Positions 27,150-36,867 of a DNA stretch of 64,000 nt are shown piece by piece. Made by a program: the position numbers and the translations under genes. How positions within the stretch are numbered: the stretch's first letter is position 1; each line of letters starts with the position of its first letter. The notes below the pieces were generated by a model, which worked only from the letters and a program-made list of their open reading frames with translations, was not told the DNA's origin and ran no database searches. Location: positions 124,001 to 188,000 of IMG/VR virus record IMGVR_UViG_3300019776_000324; one strand, given 5' to 3'.

Positions 27150-27820
27150 AGTATACCTGTCAGTATTGTAAGAAAGATTTTGTTAAAGAATCTAGTCTTG
27201 CGGTGCATTCATGCGAACCGCGTCGTCGTCGCATGGAAAAAGATGAAGCAGGTGTACGATTGGGCTTTCATGCCTACATTAAATTCTATGAGCTTACACA
27301 AGGTAGTGCAAAATTAAAAACATTTGATGACTTTGCAGACAGCCCTTATTATAAAGCCTTTGTTAAGTTTGGTCGCTATTGTGTAGACATCAAAGCTATC
27401 AACCCCGAGCAATTTGTCAAGTGGGTACTCAAACAAAATAAAAAGATTGATCATTGGGCCAAAGATTCAGTGTATACAGAATACTTGCTAGACTATTTGC
27501 GAGTTGAAGCAGTCAATGACGCACTGGCTAGGGCCGTTGAGTTTGGTATTACTTGGGCAGAAGAAACAGGACATCCTGCACATGATTGTTTACGCTTTGG
27601 CAATTCAAATAAAATGACTTATGCAGTCAGTACAGGTCGCATTAGTCCGTGGATTATCTACAACTGCGAAAGCGGACAAAAGTTTCTAAGTGAATTGGAT
27701 TCAAGCCAAGTTGCAATGATATGGCCTTATATTGATGCAGACTTTTGGATGCGCAAGTTCAAAGACTATCCAGCAGATCACGAATATGCCAAAGATATAC
27801 TACAGAAAGCAGGTTGGTAA
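27146..27820 (+). CDS. Hypothetical protein with N-terminal zinc finger
   Basis: CQYC..F..E..L..H.C; GRISPW. Confidence 0.65.
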   Translation: MKYTCQYCKKDFVKESSLAVHSCEPRRRRMEKDEAGVRLGFHAYIKFYELTQGSAKLKTFDDFADSPYYKAFVKFGRYCVDIKAINPEQFVKWVLKQNKKIDHWAKDSVYTEYLLDYLRVEAVNDALARAVEFGITWAEETGHPAHDCLRFGNSNKMTYAVSTGRISPWIIYNCESGQKFLSELDSSQVAMIWPYIDADFWMRKFKDYPADHEYAKDILQKAGW

Positions 27821-28398
27821 TGTCAGCAGATATTGACTTAGACTTAGCTGATAGAGATCAGTTATTACAATTGATACAAGCTACATCTGCACGACAAAGT
27901 CATCAAGGACAAGTGCGCAGACACAACAGTGGCGTGTATGTCACTGACATTCCGTATGATCCAGTTAACAAATGTGCTGCAATAGACTACGAGCAAGCAG
28001 AAGACCGCGGTTACTTTAAAATTGATTTGTTAAACATGAGTGTTTATGAATTGGTTACAAGTCCAGAACACTATCAAGAAATGCTGGCTAAAGAACCACC
28101 GTGGGAAAGATTATGGACAGATACAGCATGGGCCAGCCAACTGGTACACATAGGAAATTATGTTGACTTATTGGCTAAAATGAAGCCGGATAGTATTCCT
28201 AGAATGGCAGCGTTTATTAGTATTATTCGTCCAGGTAAAGCTCACTTGCAAAACAAACCATGGGCAGAAGTGTTTGATTCAGTGTGGGATGGTGATGATA
28301 GTCGAGGTTTTGTGTTTAAGCATGCACATGCTATTGGATATGCGGCACTGGTTGCACTACATATGAACTTGCTTAATCAATCTTCCGTACAAGAGTAA
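27820..28398 (+). CDS. dnaE: Miniature DNA polymerase III alpha (DnaE)-like protein, 192 aa
   Basis: ADIDLD, HNSGVY, GYFKIDLL, IIRPG, FKHAHAIGYA in canonical DnaE order; ATG 27820 overlaps the upstream stop. Confidence 0.8.
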   Translation: MSADIDLDLADRDQLLQLIQATSARQSHQGQVRRHNSGVYVTDIPYDPVNKCAAIDYEQAEDRGYFKIDLLNMSVYELVTSPEHYQEMLAKEPPWERLWTDTAWASQLVHIGNYVDLLAKMKPDSIPRMAAFISIIRPGKAHLQNKPWAEVFDSVWDGDDSRGFVFKHAHAIGYAALVALHMNLLNQSSVQE

Positions 28399-28750
28399 TT
28401 GATTTTCGCTTGGATTTCTTGCGACCCATTTCGCTTAGACTGCAAACAGGGCCATGTAGTATTTCCAAGTCCTTGTTGGTAAAAGTACGCAAATAGGGCT
28501 TGAAACCATCCCATTCATGTTTAAGGAATATGTTAATAGGAACGCTACGATTGCTTTCCCACCACCAAACATTAGCTAACTCTAAAAACAGTCGTTTTGC
28601 TTCAATGTCTTGAATAGCACCGAAATCGTAGATAGTAGTAATAGCATCGTCTTGATTTTGTACAATTCCTATATATTCGTTAGAGGCGTAAACACACAGC
28701 GTTATAAACGGATATTTTTCAGCTAATTTAGTAAAGATTTCGGCATTCAT
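28373..28750 (-). CDS. Hypothetical protein
   Basis: 125 aa, WWWESNR.VPI; minus-strand TATAAATA at 28760-28767. Confidence 0.7.
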   Translation of the reverse strand: MNAEIFTKLAEKYPFITLCVYASNEYIGIVQNQDDAITTIYDFGAIQDIEAKRLFLELANVWWWESNRSVPINIFLKHEWDGFKPYLRTFTNKDLEILHGPVCSLSEMGRKKSKRKSITLVRKID

Positions 28751-28759
28751 ATTATGGGA

Positions 28760-28798
28760 TATTTATACTTTGGAAATGGCCGTTTAAAACTATAAATA
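28760..28798. promoter_or_regulatory. Divergent late promoter pair
   Basis: TATAAATA on minus (28760-67) and on plus (28791-98). Confidence 0.7.
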
Positions 28799-28802
28799 CA
28801 TC

Positions 28803-29996
28803 ATGTATTCAACTACCGCCTATATATACCAACAGATCACACGAGTATTGCTAATAGACACTGGCGATGGTGAAACTTTTACTTATAGGTATAACCCCGT
28901 GTACGCTAAACGACTAACAATTAATAAAGGTGTTGACAATGTGCTCTTGTTTGAGTTTGTCAACCAAGAGGAAAAACCTGTTAATATCACAGGTAGTTCA
29001 TTCATGTTCCGTGTTGTGGATACAACAGGAACTACTATGATTATTGAACAGCCAATGACTGTGCTAAATGGCCCAACTGGCCGTGCTAAAGTTACACTGA
29101 CTAGAGATCAACTGTACAATGTACTAGCAGAACCAGGCAACTACAGCATCAGTAGAACACAACCCATGGGCGGCCTAACAGAAGCTGTATTCACAGATGC
29201 ACAATCTGGTGCTGCTGCACCCATTGACATTGTAGACAGCGTATATCCACAGTTTGTACCTAGTCGTCCACTTACAATACCTACAACAAAATTATCAGCA
29301 CAGGGCAGTTATGCTGGTGCCAGTTTTGCCAACTATCCAGTAGCAGCCAGCTATTGGTCTGGAAACCCTAACGGCGCTAATTATTGGAACAGTTTCTTGA
29401 ACACAGAATTCTTTAGTAGTTTTGTTATACCTAAACAGGGCGTTACTACTATTCAAATGGACCTAATTGGTTATACAGGAACAATCAAGGCACAAGCCGC
29501 AGAAGATTATGAAGCAGTCCCATTTAATGTGACCGACAGTACAACTTACTACAACCACACTGGAACAGTATATCTAAACATCATTGGTTGGTATCCGTTG
29601 GTTAGATTATGTTTTAACAACAGCATATTTGCTACACCAACTCAACCTGGCACTCCGGCAATTGCGTATGCTGTATGCGAAAACGGAACGGTTGCCAGTA
29701 TCAATGTTGTCAACGGTGGTAGCGGATATCTTGCACCTCCTCAAATTGATATTATTGGCGATGGTGCTGGCGCAACTGCTAGGGCTATCATGAGCGCAAC
29801 CTACCCAATTGGTCATCCAGCAGCTGGTATTGGATACGGTTCGGTAATTGGTATTGAAGTCATTACCGGAGGTAGCGGATATTGGGTAGTTCCAAATGCC
29901 GGTATCAACACTCCTGTTTATCCTGTGGCTCCAAACAATCAAGGTGCAATGGTCTTGATTGGTACAGGATTTGTGGACAATTTATACTACAGATAA
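28803..29996 (+). CDS. Virion structural protein (baseplate/tail-associated)
   Basis: 397 aa; I.V.NGGSGY...P.I.I.GDG.GA.A motif typical of T4-like baseplate proteins; late promoter. Confidence 0.55.
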   Translation: MYSTTAYIYQQITRVLLIDTGDGETFTYRYNPVYAKRLTINKGVDNVLLFEFVNQEEKPVNITGSSFMFRVVDTTGTTMIIEQPMTVLNGPTGRAKVTLTRDQLYNVLAEPGNYSISRTQPMGGLTEAVFTDAQSGAAAPIDIVDSVYPQFVPSRPLTIPTTKLSAQGSYAGASFANYPVAASYWSGNPNGANYWNSFLNTEFFSSFVIPKQGVTTIQMDLIGYTGTIKAQAAEDYEAVPFNVTDSTTYYNHTGTVYLNIIGWYPLVRLCFNNSIFATPTQPGTPAIAYAVCENGTVASINVVNGGSGYLAPPQIDIIGDGAGATARAIMSATYPIGHPAAGIGYGSVIGIEVITGGSGYWVVPNAGINTPVYPVAPNNQGAMVLIGTGFVDNLYYR

Positions 29997-30032
29997 GTTG
30001 ATCTTTACCAAACAATCTGCTATAATAGTAGC

Positions 30033-30995
30033 ATGATTGATGTGGTTTCTTTTTTACCTGCTAAACGAAAACAAACAAGTTCTGGTTGGATAAGTTTCAA
30101 CGCACCTTGTTGTGTGCATCGTGGCGACTCACAAGACAAGCGACAGCGTGGCGGACTTAAACCCGGCACAGATGGTTCGTGGTCATATCATTGTTTCAAC
30201 TGTGGCTATACTGCCTCGTTTGTGCTAGGCCGCAATCTGACATTCAAAGCTCGTCGATTACTAGAGTGGCTTAATGTGCCCACAGAAGAAATAGAACGAA
30301 TCAATCTTGAAAGTTTAAAGCATAGATCAATCGAAGGCTTATTAGGCGAGCGTCAAGAAGTAATACAAAAATTACAAAGTATTGAATTTGAAGATAGAGA
30401 TTTACCTGCAGATACATACCCACTCAATGACACAGCTACAGAATATTTAAAAAATAGATGCGTTCCACTAGACTATCCATTCCTGTATAAAACAATGCCA
30501 CGCCCCGGAGTTGTAATTCCCTTTACACACGATAATCAAGTAGTAGGACATACAACACGATTCTTAGATGATCGAACTCCTAGATATATTCAAGACATAC
30601 AACACGGTTATGTGTTTGGCACAGACTTGCAAAAAGATTCATGGCAATCAGTGATTGTTGTTGAAGGTGTATTTGATGCATTAAGCATTGATGGGCTTGC
30701 AGTGTTGCATGCCGAGATCAACGATGCACAAGTTAGACTAATACGCAGTCTAGGACGAGAAGTTGTTGTAGTCCCGGATCAAGATGAAGCTGGTATAAAA
30801 CTAGTAGATCGTGCTGTGGAACTAGGGTGGGCAGTAAGCATACCCGAGTGGCCAGAAGGCATCAAAGATGTCAATGACGCTGTAATTCGTTTGGGTAGAC
30901 TTGGAACTTTGCTAATTATAATGCAAGCCAAAGAAACTAGTAAAATTAAAATAGAACTAAGGAAGAAACAACTTGTTAAAAGACTACGGACTTGA
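30033..30995 (+). CDS. gp61: DNA primase (gp61-like)
   Basis: Zn-binding PCC/HCFNC, TOPRIM VEGVFDA, PDQDEAG, KDVND; TTGATC-17-TATAAT upstream. Confidence 0.85.
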   Translation: MIDVVSFLPAKRKQTSSGWISFNAPCCVHRGDSQDKRQRGGLKPGTDGSWSYHCFNCGYTASFVLGRNLTFKARRLLEWLNVPTEEIERINLESLKHRSIEGLLGERQEVIQKLQSIEFEDRDLPADTYPLNDTATEYLKNRCVPLDYPFLYKTMPRPGVVIPFTHDNQVVGHTTRFLDDRTPRYIQDIQHGYVFGTDLQKDSWQSVIVVEGVFDALSIDGLAVLHAEINDAQVRLIRSLGREVVVVPDQDEAGIKLVDRAVELGWAVSIPEWPEGIKDVNDAVIRLGRLGTLLIIMQAKETSKIKIELRKKQLVKRLRT

Positions 30996-32385
30996 TGTCC
31001 AAAAACTATTCTTAGAAATGATGTTGCAAGACGCAGAGTCGTATGTGCGTGTGCAGAACATTTATAACCCAGAAAACTTTGATAGAAGTTTGCGCCCAGT
31101 AGCAGAGTTTATTGCCACTCACAGCAATGAATATAAAACATTGCCTGGCACAGAACAGATCAAAGCAGCAACAGGTGTACAACTAAATCATATTCCAGAG
31201 TTGAACGACGGTCACTTTGAGTGGTTTATGAATGAGTTCGAAGGGTTTACTCGCAGACAAGAACTTGAACGAGCAATTTTAAAGAGTGCAGACTTGTTGG
31301 AAAAGGGCGAGTATGATCCGGTAGAGAAACTGATCAAAGATGCAGTACAAATTAGTTTGACCAAGGACATGGGTACAGATTACTTTGCTGATCCAAGACT
31401 TCGTATTGACAAGTACTTTAATTCAGGTGGACAAGTAAGCACAGGTTGGCCACAGATGGACAAGATCTTGTATGGTGGATTTAGTCGTGGAGAACTTAAC
31501 ATTTTTGCAGGTGGTTCTGGTTCAGGTAAATCACTTGTTATGATGAACATAGCATTGAGTTGGTTGCAAGCAGGACTCAGTGGTGTGTATATTAGTTTGG
31601 AACTCTCTGAAGAACTATGTGCCCTGCGTACTGATGCCATGTTGGCAGGTATGAGTACCAAAGAGATTCGCAAAGATATTGATCAGACTGAACTCAAAGT
31701 CAAACTTGTAAGCAAGAAGTCTGGACAGTATCGTATTAAAGCATTGCCAGCACAGAGCAACATTAACGATATCCGTAGTTACATCAAAGAAGTGCAAGTG
31801 CAAACAGGTATCAAAGTAGACTTTATCATGTGTGACTACTTGGACTTGTTGATGCCAGTTAGTGCCAAAGTTAGCCCAAATGACTTGTTTGTCAAAGACA
31901 AATATGTGTCAGAAGAATTGCGTAACTTGGCCAAAGAACTTAATGTGTTGTTTGTAACTGCATCACAGTTGAATCGTAGTGCGGTAGAAGAAGTAGAATT
32001 TGATCATAGTCATATTTCGGGTGGTATCAGTAAGATCAATACTGCAGATAATGTGTTTGGTATCTTTACAAGTAGAGCTATGCGTGAGCGTGGCAAGTAT
32101 CAAATTCAGTGTATGAAATCTCGTAGTAGTACAGGTGTTGGCATGAAGATTGATTTGGACTATAACATTGAAACCATGCGTATTACTGATCCTGGAGAAG
32201 ATGCTGGCCCAGTTAATTCATTTGGTCGAGGCAATTTGTTAGACAGTATCAAAGCTAAAAGTACAATGACTGCCGCTACGCCTCCGGGTCCGTTTGGTAA
32301 TTCCAACGACAATGATGGCAAAATTACAGCAGATGTACAAAGCGCCAAGTTAAAACAATTGCTAGGGCAAATCAAACAGTCATAA
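30973..32385 (+). CDS. gp41: Replicative DnaB-like helicase (gp41-like)
   Basis: GGSGSGKS, SLELSE, DYLDL, TASQLNR, MKSR. Confidence 0.92.
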   Translation: MLKDYGLDVQKLFLEMMLQDAESYVRVQNIYNPENFDRSLRPVAEFIATHSNEYKTLPGTEQIKAATGVQLNHIPELNDGHFEWFMNEFEGFTRRQELERAILKSADLLEKGEYDPVEKLIKDAVQISLTKDMGTDYFADPRLRIDKYFNSGGQVSTGWPQMDKILYGGFSRGELNIFAGGSGSGKSLVMMNIALSWLQAGLSGVYISLELSEELCALRTDAMLAGMSTKEIRKDIDQTELKVKLVSKKSGQYRIKALPAQSNINDIRSYIKEVQVQTGIKVDFIMCDYLDLLMPVSAKVSPNDLFVKDKYVSEELRNLAKELNVLFVTASQLNRSAVEEVEFDHSHISGGISKINTADNVFGIFTSRAMRERGKYQIQCMKSRSSTGVGMKIDLDYNIETMRITDPGEDAGPVNSFGRGNLLDSIKAKSTMTAATPPGPFGNSNDNDGKITADVQSAKLKQLLGQIKQS

Positions 32386-33374
32386 TGCAAACTTGTATTG
32401 ATGCTTTTAAAAATCTCAATGTTGTAAAATATGGTAATCAATTATCGTTATCGCCTTGTTGCGTGTCTCCTCCAAGACTAGCAGATAAGATTGAATTTTA
32501 CGATAACCAACATTTAAAACAAATCAGAGAACAATGGACGCAGGGTAATTTTCCAGCCGCATGTTCATCTTGTCAAGCAGCAGAAAAATCCACAGGATCC
32601 AGTCGGCGAATACACAGCAATCAGTGGTATCAAGATCATGGGTATTATAACAATACTGTTGAAATGCTACGATTGGATTATTGGACTGGTGACCAATGTA
32701 ACTTGGCTTGTGCTATATGCGGACCACACAGCAGTAGCACTTGGAAGCAAGAACTAAAACTAGAAATTCCATTGGAAAAAACAATAATTAATCATTTTTG
32801 GAAAACATTGGATTTAACACAATTAAAATTTGTACATTTCAATGGTGGTGAGCCATTGCTTAGTAAAGAACATGTTAATTTTTTACAGTCAATACCCGAT
32901 AAAAAACAAGTACAACTTAATTACAATACCAATGCTACAATATTGCCCAGCAAACAATTGTTAGAGTTGTGGGAGCAGTTTGATTTAATTAAACTTGATT
33001 TTAGCATTGATGATATTGCAGCAAGATTTAATTACCAACGGTACCCAGCTGATTGGACCCGAGTGACCAATAACCTACAGTGGTTTGTAGATCAAAGCCC
33101 GCACAATTGTATGTTGGCTGTAAACACCTCTATCAGTGTGTTAAATCACTATACTATTGCAGATTTAGATCTATGGTTAAATCAGAATTTTTACATCAGT
33201 CGTTTTGGTGATCAAATTGAACATCGCCGACAACCTGTAACAGGCATTTTAGCCTTGGATAACATCAAATACCCTTACAAAATACAGGATTATTTAAATT
33301 CCTTAGATAACCGCCGCAATACCAACTGGGAATCAACATTTCCTGAGTTAAAAAGTATCTTATTAAACCCTTAA
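32385..33374 (+). CDS. Radical SAM protein with N-terminal SPASM/twitch-like Cys cluster
   Basis: CNLACAIC (CxxxCxxC), GGEPL, YNTN, SID; N-terminal PCC...C..C. Confidence 0.85.
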   Translation: MQTCIDAFKNLNVVKYGNQLSLSPCCVSPPRLADKIEFYDNQHLKQIREQWTQGNFPAACSSCQAAEKSTGSSRRIHSNQWYQDHGYYNNTVEMLRLDYWTGDQCNLACAICGPHSSSTWKQELKLEIPLEKTIINHFWKTLDLTQLKFVHFNGGEPLLSKEHVNFLQSIPDKKQVQLNYNTNATILPSKQLLELWEQFDLIKLDFSIDDIAARFNYQRYPADWTRVTNNLQWFVDQSPHNCMLAVNTSISVLNHYTIADLDLWLNQNFYISRFGDQIEHRRQPVTGILALDNIKYPYKIQDYLNSLDNRRNTNWESTFPELKSILLNP

Positions 33375-33408
33375 AATCTAATAAATAATAAAAAGGTCCT
33401 GGACTAAA

Positions 33409-33657
33409 ATGCAAAAGAAAACTCGCAGTTTATTAGAAGAATTAGACTCAATGTACATTGAGCGTGATCAACGCCATGTTATTGAAAACCGTGCATCTAA
33501 CATTATTGCTAGTGCTATTCGTTTACTTGAACAAATTGAAGAAAGTTATAGTCCTGAAGTAGCACAGAATTTACAGCGTAAATTGCTCAATGCTATTAAT
33601 CAACGCGACCCTGGTAAGTTTACAAGAACCGTGAGAAAAACAGATGCAAATTCATGA
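33409..33657 (+). CDS. Hypothetical late protein
   Basis: 82 aa; TAAATA at 33382-33387. Confidence 0.65.
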   Translation: MQKKTRSLLEELDSMYIERDQRHVIENRASNIIASAIRLLEQIEESYSPEVAQNLQRKLLNAINQRDPGKFTRTVRKTDANS

Positions 33658-34354
33658 AATAACAACAACTAAATTAAATGAAGGCATTGTTGATGCTATT
33701 AAATCCGGCTTTGCTGGAGCTAAACAAGGCTATAAAATAAGCCAAACTAATCGTGCAATACAAATGATAGCTGACAAAGCCTATCCAATTTGGGTAAACT
33801 ACGCCAAACGATTAGAGCAATCAATTACAGATCCTAGAGCCAAACAGGCATTTAATAATCGCACTGACGGTCTTTATCAAAAGGCCCTTACTGCATTTGT
33901 ACAGAAAAACTTATTAAAAAATGTTGGAATCAACGACGCTATTAATAAAGATCAGATTGTTGGTTTAATTAAACAACTAAGCGAGCCTAAAATTGCAGTA
34001 GCAAAACCTGCACCAGCTTCACCTGCGCCAGCACCACAAGCACAATCTACTATAGTTAATCCGGCAACCAATAAACCCTTTACGCCTGCCCCAGTGTCAG
34101 AAGCACTAAATTCAAATACAGAAAAACAATTGTTTACACAGTTGGTACAAGTTGCTAGTTTGGCTCAAGCTGACCCAACTAAACAACAAACTCAAGGTGG
34201 TGCGCAACTTATCAGTCAAGATCCTGCGATTGTTAAATTTGACGGAAGAACATACGGATTAAATGACAACGGAGAATGGGCTGATATTAAAACTTCCAGA
34301 CAGCCAGAACCATCTGTAAACGCATATCTAGATCAAGTAGCAGGTATTGCCTAA
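33644..34354 (+). CDS. Hypothetical (putative internal head) protein
   Basis: Starts MQIHEITTTKLNE; Pro/Ala linker. Confidence 0.55.
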   Translation: MQIHEITTTKLNEGIVDAIKSGFAGAKQGYKISQTNRAIQMIADKAYPIWVNYAKRLEQSITDPRAKQAFNNRTDGLYQKALTAFVQKNLLKNVGINDAINKDQIVGLIKQLSEPKIAVAKPAPASPAPAPQAQSTIVNPATNKPFTPAPVSEALNSNTEKQLFTQLVQVASLAQADPTKQQTQGGAQLISQDPAIVKFDGRTYGLNDNGEWADIKTSRQPEPSVNAYLDQVAGIA

Positions 34355-34355
34355 G

Positions 34356-36308
34356 ATGAATATCTTTGAAGGTGGAAATGTCTTTAAGGACGGCGATGGT
34401 CGCGCACTAACACAGCGTATCAATCAGACTGATGTAAAAACTACATTGGCATGGTTAGAGGAAATGCTTCCTAGTTTAGATTTACAAAATAATACTCTTG
34501 GGTCAACTGGTATTAAAGATACATCTGGTGACTTGGATATTGCCATCGATGCAACCAAATACACTAAAGAACAATTAGTAGCCGAGCTAACTCGCTGGGT
34601 ATTGAGCCAAAAACAAAAGCCCGAAGACTGGGTTAAGAAAACCGGTAGTGCAGTGCATTTTAAAACGCCAATTAACGGCAATCCTAACAACGGATATGTG
34701 CAAACTGATTTTATGTTTTTAAACAATGTACCTTGGTCAAAGTTTGTACTGGGTGCCATGCCCGCAGACAGCAAGTACAAAGGCCGTGAGCGCAATGTGT
34801 TAATGAATAGTATTGCCAAGAGCATGGGTTACAAGCTAAATCAAAATGCAGGTATTGCTGACCGTGCAACCAATGAGCTTATTACTGACGATCCTGATAA
34901 GGTTGCTAAAATATTGTTAAACAAAACAGCTACCAGACAAGACTTAGCATCAGTAGAAACTATACTACAAGCATTAAGCACAGATCCTAATCGTGACGCT
35001 AAACTAGCAGACTTTAAAGCTCACATGGAACGCGAAGGGTTACCGTTTCTAGAATCTACAATGGAAAGCACTGACTTATATCAACCAGTTAGTGATGTAA
35101 ACTTCTTAGCTCGTTTGCGTGACCGCATTGTCAATCAAGGCATGCAACCTATATTTGAAGGAGTAATGCCACAGGTCGGCGGTCGTGCTAAAGGTATCGA
35201 ACATATTGAAGATTTAGTATTCCGTAATGGAACAAAAGGTATTCAACAAGCTCTAGATGTTATTGAGCACATGAAAACCGACACAAAGAAATCTACCACA
35301 GTTAAGTGGGACGGTAAACCTGCCTTGGTATTTGGACGCATGCCCGACGGCGGATTTGTATTAACTGATGTGAGTGGATTTACTGCTAAAGGATACGATG
35401 GTTTATTCCGTAGCCCCAAACAAGCAATTAAATTATTAGCTCAGCGTGATGCAGATGCCGAAGCTCAAGGTAAACCTGCAACTCGTGTTGAAACACTAGG
35501 ACCACTTTATCAAAAGTTATTTCCTATGTTAGAAGCTGCTGTTCCAGAAAACTTTAAAGGTTTTATACAAGGCGATTTGTTATACACACAAACTCCTCCT
35601 GAGCAAGCAGGTAATTTAGTATTTCAACCTAACACTATTGCGTATAGTATTCCTGCTGCTAGTAAGTTAGGCCAAGAAATTGCCGATAGTGAAGTAGGTA
35701 TTGCCATCCATACTCGTTATAAAGAACCTGGAGCCGCTAAACAACCCCTGGGCCGTCCTAATTTAAATCCAGTTAACGGACTTTTATTAATGGAGCCAAT
35801 ACATCCTACTGAGAATGTAGAGCCTGTTGACAGCAAGAGTGTTAAGCAGTTAAAACAATTAGTTACTAAACACGGTGCCGCAATTGATGGCTTGTTTAAT
35901 CCCAATGATTTGCGAGCAGCACAAGTAACAGACCTACCCAAGCTATGTATTGATTATATTAATTGGACTATTCATAATTCAGGAAATGATAACCAGTATA
36001 TTAATAATTTTGATCCTGTAAACTTCCTTAGAGAATTTGTTGGGGCATATCTCCGTGGTGCAGTTAGCGAACGTAAGTATCAAAACATTGGGCAGTACAT
36101 TACAAGTCCAAGAAGTAATCAAGTTGGCATAACAGCGGCCTTTACGGCATTTATTCTACTGCACAATATTAAAATGGACATCCTGCAACAACTAGATCGC
36201 CAGGTTCCTGGACAAGAGGGTTGGGTAGTTACAGTGCCAGGCGGAGTGGTTAAGTTTGTTAATCGCTTTGAATTTACCCGTGCAAATCGCCTAGTAAACC
36301 CCAAATAA
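34356..36308 (+). CDS. Pol-beta-type nucleotidyltransferase fused to a ligase-like (KxDG) domain
   Basis: LGSTG...GDLDI...VQTD in the N-half; TVKWDG, QGDLL, EGWV, KFVNR in the C-half; probable start MNIFE. Confidence 0.6.
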   Translation: MNIFEGGNVFKDGDGRALTQRINQTDVKTTLAWLEEMLPSLDLQNNTLGSTGIKDTSGDLDIAIDATKYTKEQLVAELTRWVLSQKQKPEDWVKKTGSAVHFKTPINGNPNNGYVQTDFMFLNNVPWSKFVLGAMPADSKYKGRERNVLMNSIAKSMGYKLNQNAGIADRATNELITDDPDKVAKILLNKTATRQDLASVETILQALSTDPNRDAKLADFKAHMEREGLPFLESTMESTDLYQPVSDVNFLARLRDRIVNQGMQPIFEGVMPQVGGRAKGIEHIEDLVFRNGTKGIQQALDVIEHMKTDTKKSTTVKWDGKPALVFGRMPDGGFVLTDVSGFTAKGYDGLFRSPKQAIKLLAQRDADAEAQGKPATRVETLGPLYQKLFPMLEAAVPENFKGFIQGDLLYTQTPPEQAGNLVFQPNTIAYSIPAASKLGQEIADSEVGIAIHTRYKEPGAAKQPLGRPNLNPVNGLLLMEPIHPTENVEPVDSKSVKQLKQLVTKHGAAIDGLFNPNDLRAAQVTDLPKLCIDYINWTIHNSGNDNQYINNFDPVNFLREFVGAYLRGAVSERKYQNIGQYITSPRSNQVGITAAFTAFILLHNIKMDILQQLDRQVPGQEGWVVTVPGGVVKFVNRFEFTRANRLVNPK

Positions 36309-36340
36309 TTCACACCAAACTCCTGAATTTTACCAAAAGG

Positions 36341-36348
36341 TATAAATA
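36341..36348 (+). promoter_or_regulatory. Late promoter TATAAATA
   Basis: Exact consensus upstream of AAGGAG SD and ATG 36390. Confidence 0.75.
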
Positions 36349-36389
36349 AAAGTAGACCCAATGAGGTCACATATTAAGGAGATTTAAAA

Positions 36390-36788
36390 ATGGCTTATAT
36401 TACTAAAGTTTCTGGTGGATCACAACCAGTATTCGCATCTGACGTATTGAACGGTCCAGTTGCACAAACAGCAAACATCGCTACTCAAGGTCCTGTACAA
36501 GTTGCTGGTCCTAAGTTAGACTTTTACACATTCACAGCTAACGCTGCGTTGACAACAGCTGGTGGTGTAAATGGTTTCGTTGCTAACGTTATCCAAGCAG
36601 TTCAACAAACAACTACAGTTGCTATGTACCAAGTTACAACAGGTACAACAATCGCAGTTGCTACATACCCAACTGGCGCATTTGCTAACGTTGCTACAGC
36701 TTTAGCTGCTGCACAATCTGCAAACGGCACAATCGGTATCAGTTCTGCTACTGGCACAGCTGCATTCACAAACTTAGCTGATCTATAA
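36390..36788 (+). CDS. Probably abundant small virion protein
   Basis: 132 aa Ala/Thr-rich, biased codons, own promoter, strong SD and terminator. Confidence 0.6.
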   Translation: MAYITKVSGGSQPVFASDVLNGPVAQTANIATQGPVQVAGPKLDFYTFTANAALTTAGGVNGFVANVIQAVQQTTTVAMYQVTTGTTIAVATYPTGAFANVATALAAAQSANGTIGISSATGTAAFTNLADL

Positions 36789-36811
36789 TTAGTTAGATTT
36801 GTAATCACACT

Positions 36812-36834
36812 AAACCTGCTTCGGCAGGTTTTTT
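36812..36834 (+). terminator. Intrinsic terminator with cUUCGg tetraloop
   Basis: AAACCTGC-TTCG-GCAGGTTT then T-run. Confidence 0.9.
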
Positions 36835-36867
36835 GTTGGCTTATTTTTACGCCTTAAATACATCACT

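Noticed and set aside
27745-27819. N-terminal extension of the DnaE-like ORF in the ORF track, or a frameshift fusion to the upstream gene
   Set aside because: ATG 27820 overlaps the upstream stop (TAATG coupling), and the upstream protein does not resemble DnaE.
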